Virus record (IMG/VR): IMGVR_UViG_3300016484_000766
Coordinates: 1-63,230 of that record
Length of the DNA: 63,230 nucleotides
DNA from: a virus
Taxonomy: Duplodnaviria; Caudoviricetes
Strand: one strand, 5' to 3'
The notes under the pieces were generated by a model. That model searched no databases and had not been told where the DNA came from. It saw only the letters and a list, made by a program, of their open reading frames with translations. A program made the position numbers and the translations under genes. Below are positions 56,531-63,230 of this stretch, piece after piece (the stretch's first letter is position 1; each line of letters starts with the position of its first letter).

Positions 56531-57184
56531 ATGGACACGAACAACTACCGAGCCTTCAACAAGTTCATCACGACGCCCGAAGCGCGGCGGCAGTACTTGA
56601 ACGAGCACTGCGCCCTCATCACCGCGCGGGACGCACGACGCCTGCTCGGCGCCGTCAACGGCAACAAGCTCAAGGCGACGAACATCGAGCACGGGAAGTT
56701 CTACTGCGTCAACAAGCCAATGCGCGTATTCAAGAAGGTCCGCGCCTTCCGGCGGGTGATCAGCCCCTCGTATCCCAAAGGCGTCGTGGACGCGTGCCGC
56801 GTTCCTGCCATCGCCAACCTCGTGGTGCCGACTTCCGCTGTGGTCTACGTGCCGAACTGCGTCATCGGCCTGCCGTACGACGTGAAGCTCCCCCAGCGGG
56901 TGCTGCACGACGCCGCGCTCAAGCACGTCGATTCGGCCGTGCTCCGCAAGTGCCGTGCGTCGCGCGCGTCCGTGCACAGCATCGTGACCGTCAAGGATGA
57001 AGAGTTCGAAGCGGTGGCCTATGGCTACAGCGACTTCCGATACCTCACCGGCACGACGGTGCACCCCGAGTCGAGGGACGGCAAGGGCGTTTTCGAGGAC
57101 AAGAGCCGGTTCTGGGAGCGCCAGCACTGCACGCAAGGCATCCACTTCTTCTTCGACCTGGCCGACGCGATCGCCTACAACTGA
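56531..57184 (+). CDS. DUF5758-like domain protein
   Basis: RKCRASRASV...Y..G.TV.P...CTQGIHFF. Confidence 0.65.
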   Translation: MDTNNYRAFNKFITTPEARRQYLNEHCALITARDARRLLGAVNGNKLKATNIEHGKFYCVNKPMRVFKKVRAFRRVISPSYPKGVVDACRVPAIANLVVPTSAVVYVPNCVIGLPYDVKLPQRVLHDAALKHVDSAVLRKCRASRASVHSIVTVKDEEFEAVAYGYSDFRYLTGTTVHPESRDGKGVFEDKSRFWERQHCTQGIHFFFDLADAIAYN

Positions 57185-57193
57185 GGAGCACGC

Positions 57194-57604
57194 ATGAACA
57201 AGTTCCTGTACCACAAGGACGGCACCGGCTTGCCCTACGAGCCTGGCGTCGAGTGGGTCTTCGTCTTCGGCTCGAACACGGCAGGCCGTCACGGCGGCGG
57301 CGCGGCGCGCGCAGCAGTCATCAGCTACGGCGCGCAGTACGGCAACGGCTTCGGTCGTCAGGGCCTGAGCTACGCGCTGCCCACCAAGGACGACAACATC
57401 GACACGCTGCCGCTGCGCGAGGTGAAGTACCACGTCGACAAGTTCATCGAGTACGCGAAGGCGAACCCCGAGTGCATGTTCTTCGTCACCCGCGTGGGCT
57501 GCGTGCTGGCCGGGTACAACGACGCCGACATCGCGCCGATGTTCAAAGACGCGCCGTCGAACTGCTCGTTCGCTGAAGGGTGGAAGAAGTACCTGGAGAG
57601 CTGA
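57194..57604 (+). CDS. A1S_2505-family phage non-structural protein (macro-like fold)
   Basis: VFVFGSN.AGRHGGGAA...SYALPTK...TRVGCVLAG. Confidence 0.75.
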   Translation: MNKFLYHKDGTGLPYEPGVEWVFVFGSNTAGRHGGGAARAAVISYGAQYGNGFGRQGLSYALPTKDDNIDTLPLREVKYHVDKFIEYAKANPECMFFVTRVGCVLAGYNDADIAPMFKDAPSNCSFAEGWKKYLES

Positions 57605-57605
57605 C

Positions 57606-58007
57606 ATGGACATCAGCAAGTGCCGGTGGATCACCGCGAGCCCTGTCAGCCGGGACGACGATCCCGGCAGAGAGAAGTTCCTGTACCACTGGTTCAGCAT
57701 GCACTCGCTGATCCCGCAGTCAAAGCTGCATTGGGGCGAGCCCGGCCAGTGGACAGGCTTCTACGCCGACGAGGGCCCAGACAGCATCGACGGCGCGGAA
57801 ATGAAGGATGCACCGCCCATCGGGTTCTTGATGATGATGATCGTCTTCCACAAGCCCGGCGCGATCTACATGTGGTGCTTCAGACGCGGCAAGTTCGTGC
57901 TGGTTTGCGACCGTAGCGCCCACGGTATCACGAACCCCGACGAGCTGAAGCGCTACGCCGAGACTCTCCTGCGCATGCAGAGCATCAAGGAGCTACGCGA
58001 TGGCTAA
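57606..58007 (+). CDS. Small protein, C-terminal helix-motif family
   Basis: GITNPDELKRYAETLLRMQ. Confidence 0.8.
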   Translation: MDISKCRWITASPVSRDDDPGREKFLYHWFSMHSLIPQSKLHWGEPGQWTGFYADEGPDSIDGAEMKDAPPIGFLMMMIVFHKPGAIYMWCFRRGKFVLVCDRSAHGITNPDELKRYAETLLRMQSIKELRDG

Positions 58008-58341
58008 CCTGTACTGGGTGCACAGATCCCAACTCAAAGGCGACTACTCGCACGAATATTTGCTGTTCTGCGGTGACCCGCGCAAGGGCATCGGCACTTG
58101 CGAGAAGATCGTCGACGCTGGCAACAAGGAGTGCGTGTGCGTCGGTACGTACGCTACCGAGGGCTACGACGCCGGCAACGCGCAGCTAGTCAAAGCGGAC
58201 CCAGCCGGGACGAAGTACGCACGCTACTACAACAATAAACCGCCCGGCGGCGTGCGCCCAAATGCGCACGAGTGGCCTGCCGAGGTACACACAACCGAGC
58301 AGCGCCTGCGGTATCTACAAGTCATGTGGAGGTTGCTGTGA
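58000..58341 (+). CDS. Small protein, C-terminal helix-motif family
   Basis: WPAEVHTTEQRLRYLQVMWRLL. Confidence 0.8.
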   Translation: MANLYWVHRSQLKGDYSHEYLLFCGDPRKGIGTCEKIVDAGNKECVCVGTYATEGYDAGNAQLVKADPAGTKYARYYNNKPPGGVRPNAHEWPAEVHTTEQRLRYLQVMWRLL

Positions 58342-58625
58342 TCGTCTGGCAATACCGCGCGGATTACCGCGGCTGGCTCGCGTTCGACACCAACGTGCGC
58401 GACTACGGCAGCTACGAGGTGGAGATCAACGGCGTCATGTGCAGCTGCGTCGCGCACATACGGCCCTGCATGGGCGGCGTGGAGGGCTACTACAACTCCG
58501 GAAAAACCGGGCGCCCAACGGAATCCCACAAAGACAAGCACATCCCCCACGACAAGTGGCCCGAGGGCGTGGACACCATCGAGCAGAAGAAGGCGTACCT
58601 CGCCATGCTTTACGAGCTGCAATGA
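58338..58625 (+). CDS. Small protein, C-terminal helix-motif family
   Basis: GTG start, GGAGG RBS; WPEGVDTIEQKKAYLAMLYEL. Confidence 0.8.
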   Translation: MIVWQYRADYRGWLAFDTNVRDYGSYEVEINGVMCSCVAHIRPCMGGVEGYYNSGKTGRPTESHKDKHIPHDKWPEGVDTIEQKKAYLAMLYELQ

Positions 58626-58987
58626 CAACGCCCACCGCATACCTCAGCGAGCTGCGCAACGCGCTCGCTGAGATGGACCCGCCTCCCTTCACGTCCAGCG
58701 ACCAGCAGACCATCTGGATCGACGACGACCCCATGCACCCAGACTGGTACTACGGCCTGACCAAGGTCCGCCCGAGGGACAGCGAAAGGACGTGGGAAGA
58801 GTACGACAGTCACTGCATCCTGGCTGGGCGCACGTGCTACGTATGCATGCGCAAAAACCCGAAACCCGGTGAAGCCGTAGCCAGCTACTCCTGGCCGGAA
58901 AAACTCCTGCTCGCGTGGCCCAAGGGTGTCGACACCCTCGACCAGCGCAAGGCGTACATCGAAACTCTTGACCGACTGGACCCCTGA
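58622..58987 (+). CDS. Small protein, C-terminal helix-motif family
   Basis: WPKGVDTLDQRKAYIETLDRL. Confidence 0.8.
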   Translation: MTTPTAYLSELRNALAEMDPPPFTSSDQQTIWIDDDPMHPDWYYGLTKVRPRDSERTWEEYDSHCILAGRTCYVCMRKNPKPGEAVASYSWPEKLLLAWPKGVDTLDQRKAYIETLDRLDP

Positions 58988-59307
58988 TGGGCACGACAAA
59001 CTGCCGGTGGGAGCCGCACTGCAGATGGCACGAAACTCTCCACGCAGCGTTTGACAAGTACCAGTTCCTCCCGCCGCTGGAGGCCGCAGACATACAAGAA
59101 GGCGACTACCAGGCGTACAACGTCACGGAGGGGTATCTTGTGGGCTGGACGCTGTGCTTCGTCTTCTGGAAAGACATGTCCGTGTGGGTGTGGGACGACG
59201 CTGGCGGCAACTTCGTACGCCAGCCCACCTGCGGAATCACCGATCGTGAGGAACTACTGCGCTACGCAGAGGTACTTACGCGCCTTCAACCCAACATCAC
59301 CTCGTAA
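58987..59307 (+). CDS. Small protein, C-terminal helix-motif family
   Basis: GITDREELLRYAEVLTRLQ. Confidence 0.8.
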   Translation: MGTTNCRWEPHCRWHETLHAAFDKYQFLPPLEAADIQEGDYQAYNVTEGYLVGWTLCFVFWKDMSVWVWDDAGGNFVRQPTCGITDREELLRYAEVLTRLQPNITS

Positions 59308-59316
59308 GGAGCACCA

Positions 59317-59565
59317 ATGAAACTCACCATCAACCTCGCAGGCATCCTGCGTCTCGGCTTCCTTGCGGCCTGCGTGTACGCCACGTACGTGTTCCTGAGT
59401 ACAGGCCAGTACTTCGCAGCGACGTGGCCGCTCATATGCCTTCTTCTCGACATGGCCAACAACTCGCTAGCCCGCAAGCTTCACGAAGCCAAGGAACTGC
59501 TCGACACGGCGCACGTGTTGTTGACAGGCAAGCACATCGACGGCACGCCGGAGGGCAAGTCGTGA
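59317..59565 (+). CDS. Small membrane protein
   Basis: TAAGGAG RBS; hydrophobic N-terminal half. Confidence 0.7.
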   Translation: MKLTINLAGILRLGFLAACVYATYVFLSTGQYFAATWPLICLLLDMANNSLARKLHEAKELLDTAHVLLTGKHIDGTPEGKS

Positions 59566-59759
59566 ACATCTACGAGATCATCAGCATCCTCGCAGCAGAT
59601 GCCCTCGGCGTCATGCTGTCGTACTACAGTGTTGCTGTCAAGGGGCTCATCGTCTGCCTCGTACTCTACGTGGTGTCGTCAGTCACCGGCACGCTGAGCT
59701 ACACGCACGACAAGAAGTGCGCGCCGGAGCGCCCAGCAGTCACCAAGCCGATGGTGTGA
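59562..59759 (+). CDS. Small membrane protein
   Basis: GTGA overlap; two hydrophobic segments. Confidence 0.65.
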   Translation: MNIYEIISILAADALGVMLSYYSVAVKGLIVCLVLYVVSSVTGTLSYTHDKKCAPERPAVTKPMV

Positions 59760-59760
59760 C

Positions 59761-60003
59761 GTGAGCAGCTTCGTCTGGCGCAAGGAGCGTAACGACTTCC
59801 GCTGCCTCACGCAGTACATCGCTTTCGCCGAGAGTGGGGTCGACCAAGCGTGCATAGACGTACACGACGACGGGCTCGTGGCTGCCAGATATCGGGATCG
59901 TCACCCCGAAGGACGCGGCGCCATCAACGCTACCAATAACCTACCAGACTTGCCGCTGGACGAACTAACTCTGTACATCGAGACACTTGCGGGGCTGACA
60001 TGA
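59761..60003 (+). CDS. Small protein, C-terminal helix-motif family
   Basis: PLDELTLYIETLAGLT. Confidence 0.75.
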   Translation: MSSFVWRKERNDFRCLTQYIAFAESGVDQACIDVHDDGLVAARYRDRHPEGRGAINATNNLPDLPLDELTLYIETLAGLT

Positions 60004-60389
60004 CAACAACCTGGATTTGCCGGCACACCGACCACGTCGACGATGAAAACAACATGCGCTACGACGAAAACGTCCCGCGACCTGCTACGGTGCACGAAGC
60101 GTACCGTGACTTCCAGGACGCCGAGAAGCTCACCTGCCCAATGTCTTCGTATGTCCGCGGGGACGAAGACCCTGAGAGCCTACGCTCGGCTGCCGAGCGC
60201 GCGTGGTGGATCAAGTGGATCAAGTACGACGACTCCGACGAGCCCGAAGTGCCGCAGGCATGGATGAAGGACGGAGACTGGAACGCATGGGGGCCTGTCA
60301 CTACCGAGCCGATCCCATTCCCGTACGGTGACGCGGACGGGCTCAAGTACGTCGAGACGCTTGCCGTGCTGGCAGGAGCCAAGCCATGA
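60000..60389 (+). CDS. Small protein, C-terminal helix-motif family
   Basis: DADGLKYVETLAVLAGAKP. Confidence 0.8.
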   Translation: MTTTWICRHTDHVDDENNMRYDENVPRPATVHEAYRDFQDAEKLTCPMSSYVRGDEDPESLRSAAERAWWIKWIKYDDSDEPEVPQAWMKDGDWNAWGPVTTEPIPFPYGDADGLKYVETLAVLAGAKP

Positions 60390-60664
60390 GCTACGAGTGG
60401 AAGAGCGAAGGTGCGTCCGTTTGGCAAGGAGCCGTCCCTGAAAAAGAGTACGCCGAAGACCGGCAAGGGCGGGACGACGAAACCTACTTTAAGCACCGCT
60501 GGGTGGTCATGTGGCTTCTTCACAGCAACGGCTCGTCCCGTATGTCGTACTGGACCGGCGACGCCTGGATCGAGGAGCGCATCAGCGACGACATTAAGTT
60601 CGGCTCCGAAGAAGGGTTTCGATACGTCGAGACGCTTGCGCGGTTGCACGGAGCAAAAGCATGA
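60386..60664 (+). CDS. Small protein, C-terminal helix-motif family
   Basis: SEEGFRYVETLARLHGAKA. Confidence 0.8.
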   Translation: MSYEWKSEGASVWQGAVPEKEYAEDRQGRDDETYFKHRWVVMWLLHSNGSSRMSYWTGDAWIEERISDDIKFGSEEGFRYVETLARLHGAKA

Positions 60665-60744
60665 CCGTCGGTACGAAGTGGACGAACGAGCACGGAGATA
60701 CGTACGTGTTTCCTGATGCACACGGCAAAAAGCGGCAACTATGA
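60661..60744 (+). CDS. 27-aa mini-ORF (possible truncated array member)
   Basis: ATGA overlaps at both ends; MTVGTKWTNEHGDTYVFPDAHGKKRQL. Confidence 0.45.
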   Translation: MTVGTKWTNEHGDTYVFPDAHGKKRQL

Positions 60745-61043
60745 GCTGGCGCCCTCCCGACAATTTCTGGTGGGAAGAAGAATGGCGCTACGCGTGCGAA
60801 GACAACTACGCGTGCGAAGACAACTACTCGCGCCGCAAGAAAGACGGCTTCTACGACTTCCGTTGGTGGGCCACGGTGTACGCGCCGATCGAGGAAGACT
60901 CGCACTATAGGGTAGAGGTGTGGTCCGGTCCGACAGGCGAAGCCGAGCTCGAATTGCAAGACGTCGCGTTCGACAACGAGGACGAAGCAAAGCGGTTCGC
61001 CGAGACGCTGGCCGCGCTGAACGGGAGCAGCGCGTCATGTTGA
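60741..61043 (+). CDS. Small protein, C-terminal helix-motif family
   Basis: NEDEAKRFAETLAAL; internal 18-bp duplication. Confidence 0.8.
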   Translation: MSWRPPDNFWWEEEWRYACEDNYACEDNYSRRKKDGFYDFRWWATVYAPIEEDSHYRVEVWSGPTGEAELELQDVAFDNEDEAKRFAETLAALNGSSASC

Positions 61044-61288
61044 AAGACGAGATCGTGAAAGGTGAGGTGCGCGATGGCGATACGCCCATCTACCGTCTTA
61101 CAGACAAGAACCCGTACATAAGCCCAACGTCGCTGGTAGCGTGGTACAGGCAAACCAAAGGCTTGTACCTATGGCGCGGTGGCGTCGGGTGGGAGCGAGT
61201 CAACGAAGTGCCCGACCTGCTGCCGCTGAGCGACGAGTGGATGATGTGGGTGAAAGCCATCCTCGTCCTCGAAAACATCCACGGGTGA
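61037..61288 (+). CDS. Small protein, C-terminal helix-motif family
   Basis: SDEWMMWVKAILVLEN; paralog of the next gene. Confidence 0.75.
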   Translation: MLKDEIVKGEVRDGDTPIYRLTDKNPYISPTSLVAWYRQTKGLYLWRGGVGWERVNEVPDLLPLSDEWMMWVKAILVLENIHG

Positions 61289-61292
61289 CGCC

Positions 61293-61538
61293 GTGGCTAT
61301 CGAAGTGAGCGTCTACCCGAACCAGGATATTTCGTTCTACCGAACGTCGAGTGCGGCCCAGTTCAGGAACTCAGTGTCGTTAGTGGCGGCGTACACGCCG
61401 AGGTCCGGGCTTCATGTTTGGGACAAAGCAAAAGTAAATTGGGTCGAGCACCCACTTCCCGAGGACGTTGACGCGACGTCGCCCGAGTTCATCCGCTACG
61501 TTACCGCGATCTTAGAGCTGGAAAACGTGCAACCCTAA
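61293..61538 (+). CDS. Small protein, C-terminal helix-motif family
   Basis: SPEFIRYVTAILELEN. Confidence 0.75.
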   Translation: MAIEVSVYPNQDISFYRTSSAAQFRNSVSLVAAYTPRSGLHVWDKAKVNWVEHPLPEDVDATSPEFIRYVTAILELENVQP

Positions 61539-61550
61539 GGAGTCACTTAC

Positions 61551-62450
61551 ATGAACGCACCTGAGCAACTCAAGCTGAACCTCGACACCGGCAGCATCAA
61601 CAAGCTGAACACGAAAGCAATGCTTGTGCGCCTGTCGATCAGCAAGCCGGCCACGTCCAAGCGTGACGCCAACGCCGAGCAGTTCACGCAGCAGTCACTC
61701 GGCGACGCTGGGCTGCGCGTCAACGCCACGCTCTTCAAGGACAAGCACTCGCCCGTGCGGCGCCTCCTCAACGAAGCCACGGCGGTGTACCACTACCACA
61801 AGCAGAACACGCTGCCGTACATCGACCGCGGCCCGCGGCTCCTCCCGGTGGCGAACTACGAGAAATACCGCGACGACATGCGCCGGCTCGTGGCCGACGT
61901 CGACAACTCGCTGCGCGCTCTGATGCCCAACTACTCGCAGCACGTGGCGGCTGACATCGTGGCGCGCGGCGCCCGCGCAGCAGCAACGGACTACCCGGAT
62001 GCAGCTACGTTCGAGGCGGCGTTCAAGCTCAGCTTCACTTTCAGCCCGCTGCCGGACTCCGACCACTTCCTGTTCGATATCACGCAGGAAGACAAGGACG
62101 CGTTGCAGGCGCAGCTCGACGAAGTGGCCCAGGCCGCACGCGAAGACATGCGAGCACGTGTGTCCGAGCCGCTTCGCCATCTGCTGGACAAGCTCAAGGT
62201 GCCGGCCGGCACGCCGGGCTCGATCTTCCGTGACAGCGCCGTCGAGAACATCCTGGAGTCGGTGACGCTGGTGCGCTCTCTGGCCATGGGTGACCCCGAG
62301 ATCCTCGACATGTGCAACCAGGTCGCCGCCGCCATGAGCGGCTATGCCAGCAACCCGCAGGTCCTCCGCGAGTCTCCGATCGTGCGAGAGCAGACGGTGA
62401 CCAAGCTCAACGATGTCGCCCAGAAGATGGGCTTTTTGTTCGGAGCGTGA
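61551..62450 (+). CDS. DUF3150-like helical protein
   Basis: AMLVRLSIS, TLPY...G.RLLP, DYP......F...F.F.PLP, IFRDSAVEN; TAAGGAG RBS; this family is usually found with phage AAA+/vWA genes. Confidence 0.65.
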   Translation: MNAPEQLKLNLDTGSINKLNTKAMLVRLSISKPATSKRDANAEQFTQQSLGDAGLRVNATLFKDKHSPVRRLLNEATAVYHYHKQNTLPYIDRGPRLLPVANYEKYRDDMRRLVADVDNSLRALMPNYSQHVAADIVARGARAAATDYPDAATFEAAFKLSFTFSPLPDSDHFLFDITQEDKDALQAQLDEVAQAAREDMRARVSEPLRHLLDKLKVPAGTPGSIFRDSAVENILESVTLVRSLAMGDPEILDMCNQVAAAMSGYASNPQVLRESPIVREQTVTKLNDVAQKMGFLFGA

Positions 62451-62451
62451 C

Positions 62452-62733
62452 ATGAGCTGGAACGAAGAGCACGTGTGCTACCAGTCGCACGTTATCGTCG
62501 ATAACGGTGTGCGCCTCAAAACCTACTACACAAACGAAGGCGCAGAAGACGACGACGTTCTGGTCTTCGTGCGCCCTGACGGCTCCGTGTACACAGCGTA
62601 TCTGCACGGCTTCGACAGCGCCCCGCCTCGTGGGTACGTTGAGCACTCCACGCTCGACGAAGCCGTGGCTTACATGAAGACGTGCAACCGCATAGGGGGC
62701 ACCGGTGCCGATGATTACCCGGAAGACATTTGA
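62452..62733 (+). CDS. Small protein, C-terminal helix-motif family
   Basis: STLDEAVAYMKTCNRI. Confidence 0.75.
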   Translation: MSWNEEHVCYQSHVIVDNGVRLKTYYTNEGAEDDDVLVFVRPDGSVYTAYLHGFDSAPPRGYVEHSTLDEAVAYMKTCNRIGGTGADDYPEDI

Positions 62734-62974
62734 CGGCAACACGTGGGTACGCGAGACCCCGTACACGTGGCGGCACCAAGGCCACAACGTCTTAGTAGTA
62801 GTGGCTCGCTGCAGAAACAAAGGCGTCGCCAGCAAAGACCAGCCGTGGCAGTTGCACCTAATCGAGTACGCGCTGTATACAGGTAACCGCAGATCGCGCA
62901 CGGTGCCGCACACGTTCCCAACCGCCGAGGCGGCTATGCAGTACTACGAAGTGCTGCGCAGACTGGAGGAGTGA
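62705..62974 (+). CDS. Small protein, C-terminal helix-motif family
   Basis: PTAEAAMQYYEVLRRLEE (start may be ATG 62711). Confidence 0.75.
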   Translation: MPMITRKTFDGNTWVRETPYTWRHQGHNVLVVVARCRNKGVASKDQPWQLHLIEYALYTGNRRSRTVPHTFPTAEAAMQYYEVLRRLEE

Positions 62975-63230
62975 TGGCAAGGCTTAAGTACAGGCCGGAG
63001 AAGTCCTACGGGGCAGAAGAAAAGCACAACGGCGCGCTGCGCTACAAAGGCATGCGCGTCCTCTCCTGCGTAGGCATCCGCGGCGCGTGGAGCGAATTCA
63101 CCGTCAGCTTTCTCGCCGCGCGCGCCGCCGAGAACACCCGCTGGTGGATCATGAGTACCGACCCTAGGCTCGACGACGCCTACGAGACTGTGAGCTTTGA
63201 CACGCTCAAGGAAGCCATACGGTATCTGAC
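62974..63230 (+). CDS. Small protein, C-terminal helix-motif family, runs off the window end
   Basis: GGAGGAG RBS, TGATG coupling; MARLKYRPEK...DTLKEAIRYL. Confidence 0.75.
   Translation, partial: MARLKYRPEKSYGAEEKHNGALRYKGMRVLSCVGIRGAWSEFTVSFLAARAAENTRWWIMSTDPRLDDAYETVSFDTLKEAIRYL

Noticed and set aside
1-63230. tRNA, rRNA, IS elements or a phage RNA polymerase
   Set aside because: None recognised by eye; a tRNAscan-SE or Rfam run would be needed to exclude small RNAs.

Overview
The window looks like an essentially complete, circularly permuted ~63 kb GC-rich tailed-phage genome. It is podovirus-like: portal, scaffold, capsid, tail-tube and ejection proteins are present, and no tape measure was seen. 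The + strand arm (53557-63230, continuing 1-19568) carries early and replication genes: AAA+ ATPase, zincin/vWA protein, DUF3150-like protein, PolA, PD-(D/E)XK and VRR-NUC nucleases, SNF2 helicase and primase-helicase. The - strand arm (52760-20375) carries packaging, head, lysis, tail and ejection genes. The most striking feature is an array of about 20 divergent 80-135 aa proteins sharing a C-terminal helix, roughly [DE]-x(2-3)-[RKA]-Y-[VAIL]-E-[TV]-L-x-[RA]-L. They are interleaved with the DUF3150-like / MoxR-like AAA+ / metallopeptidase-vWA trio, a candidate modular adaptor-or-substrate plus chaperone/protease system. Other notable elements are a doubly deleted tyrosine integrase beside an attP-like site, a recurrent GCTTAC-NN-GTAAGC palindrome at promoters, two rrn-type boxA sites followed by a ~500 nt structured non-coding leader, a palindrome array with an AT-rich core beside an RHH gene, nested +1-frame ORFs in the giant ejection gene, and a signal-peptide beta-helix/Ig/phosphoesterase gene inside the virion module. 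All family assignments come from motif recognition by eye; no database search was run.
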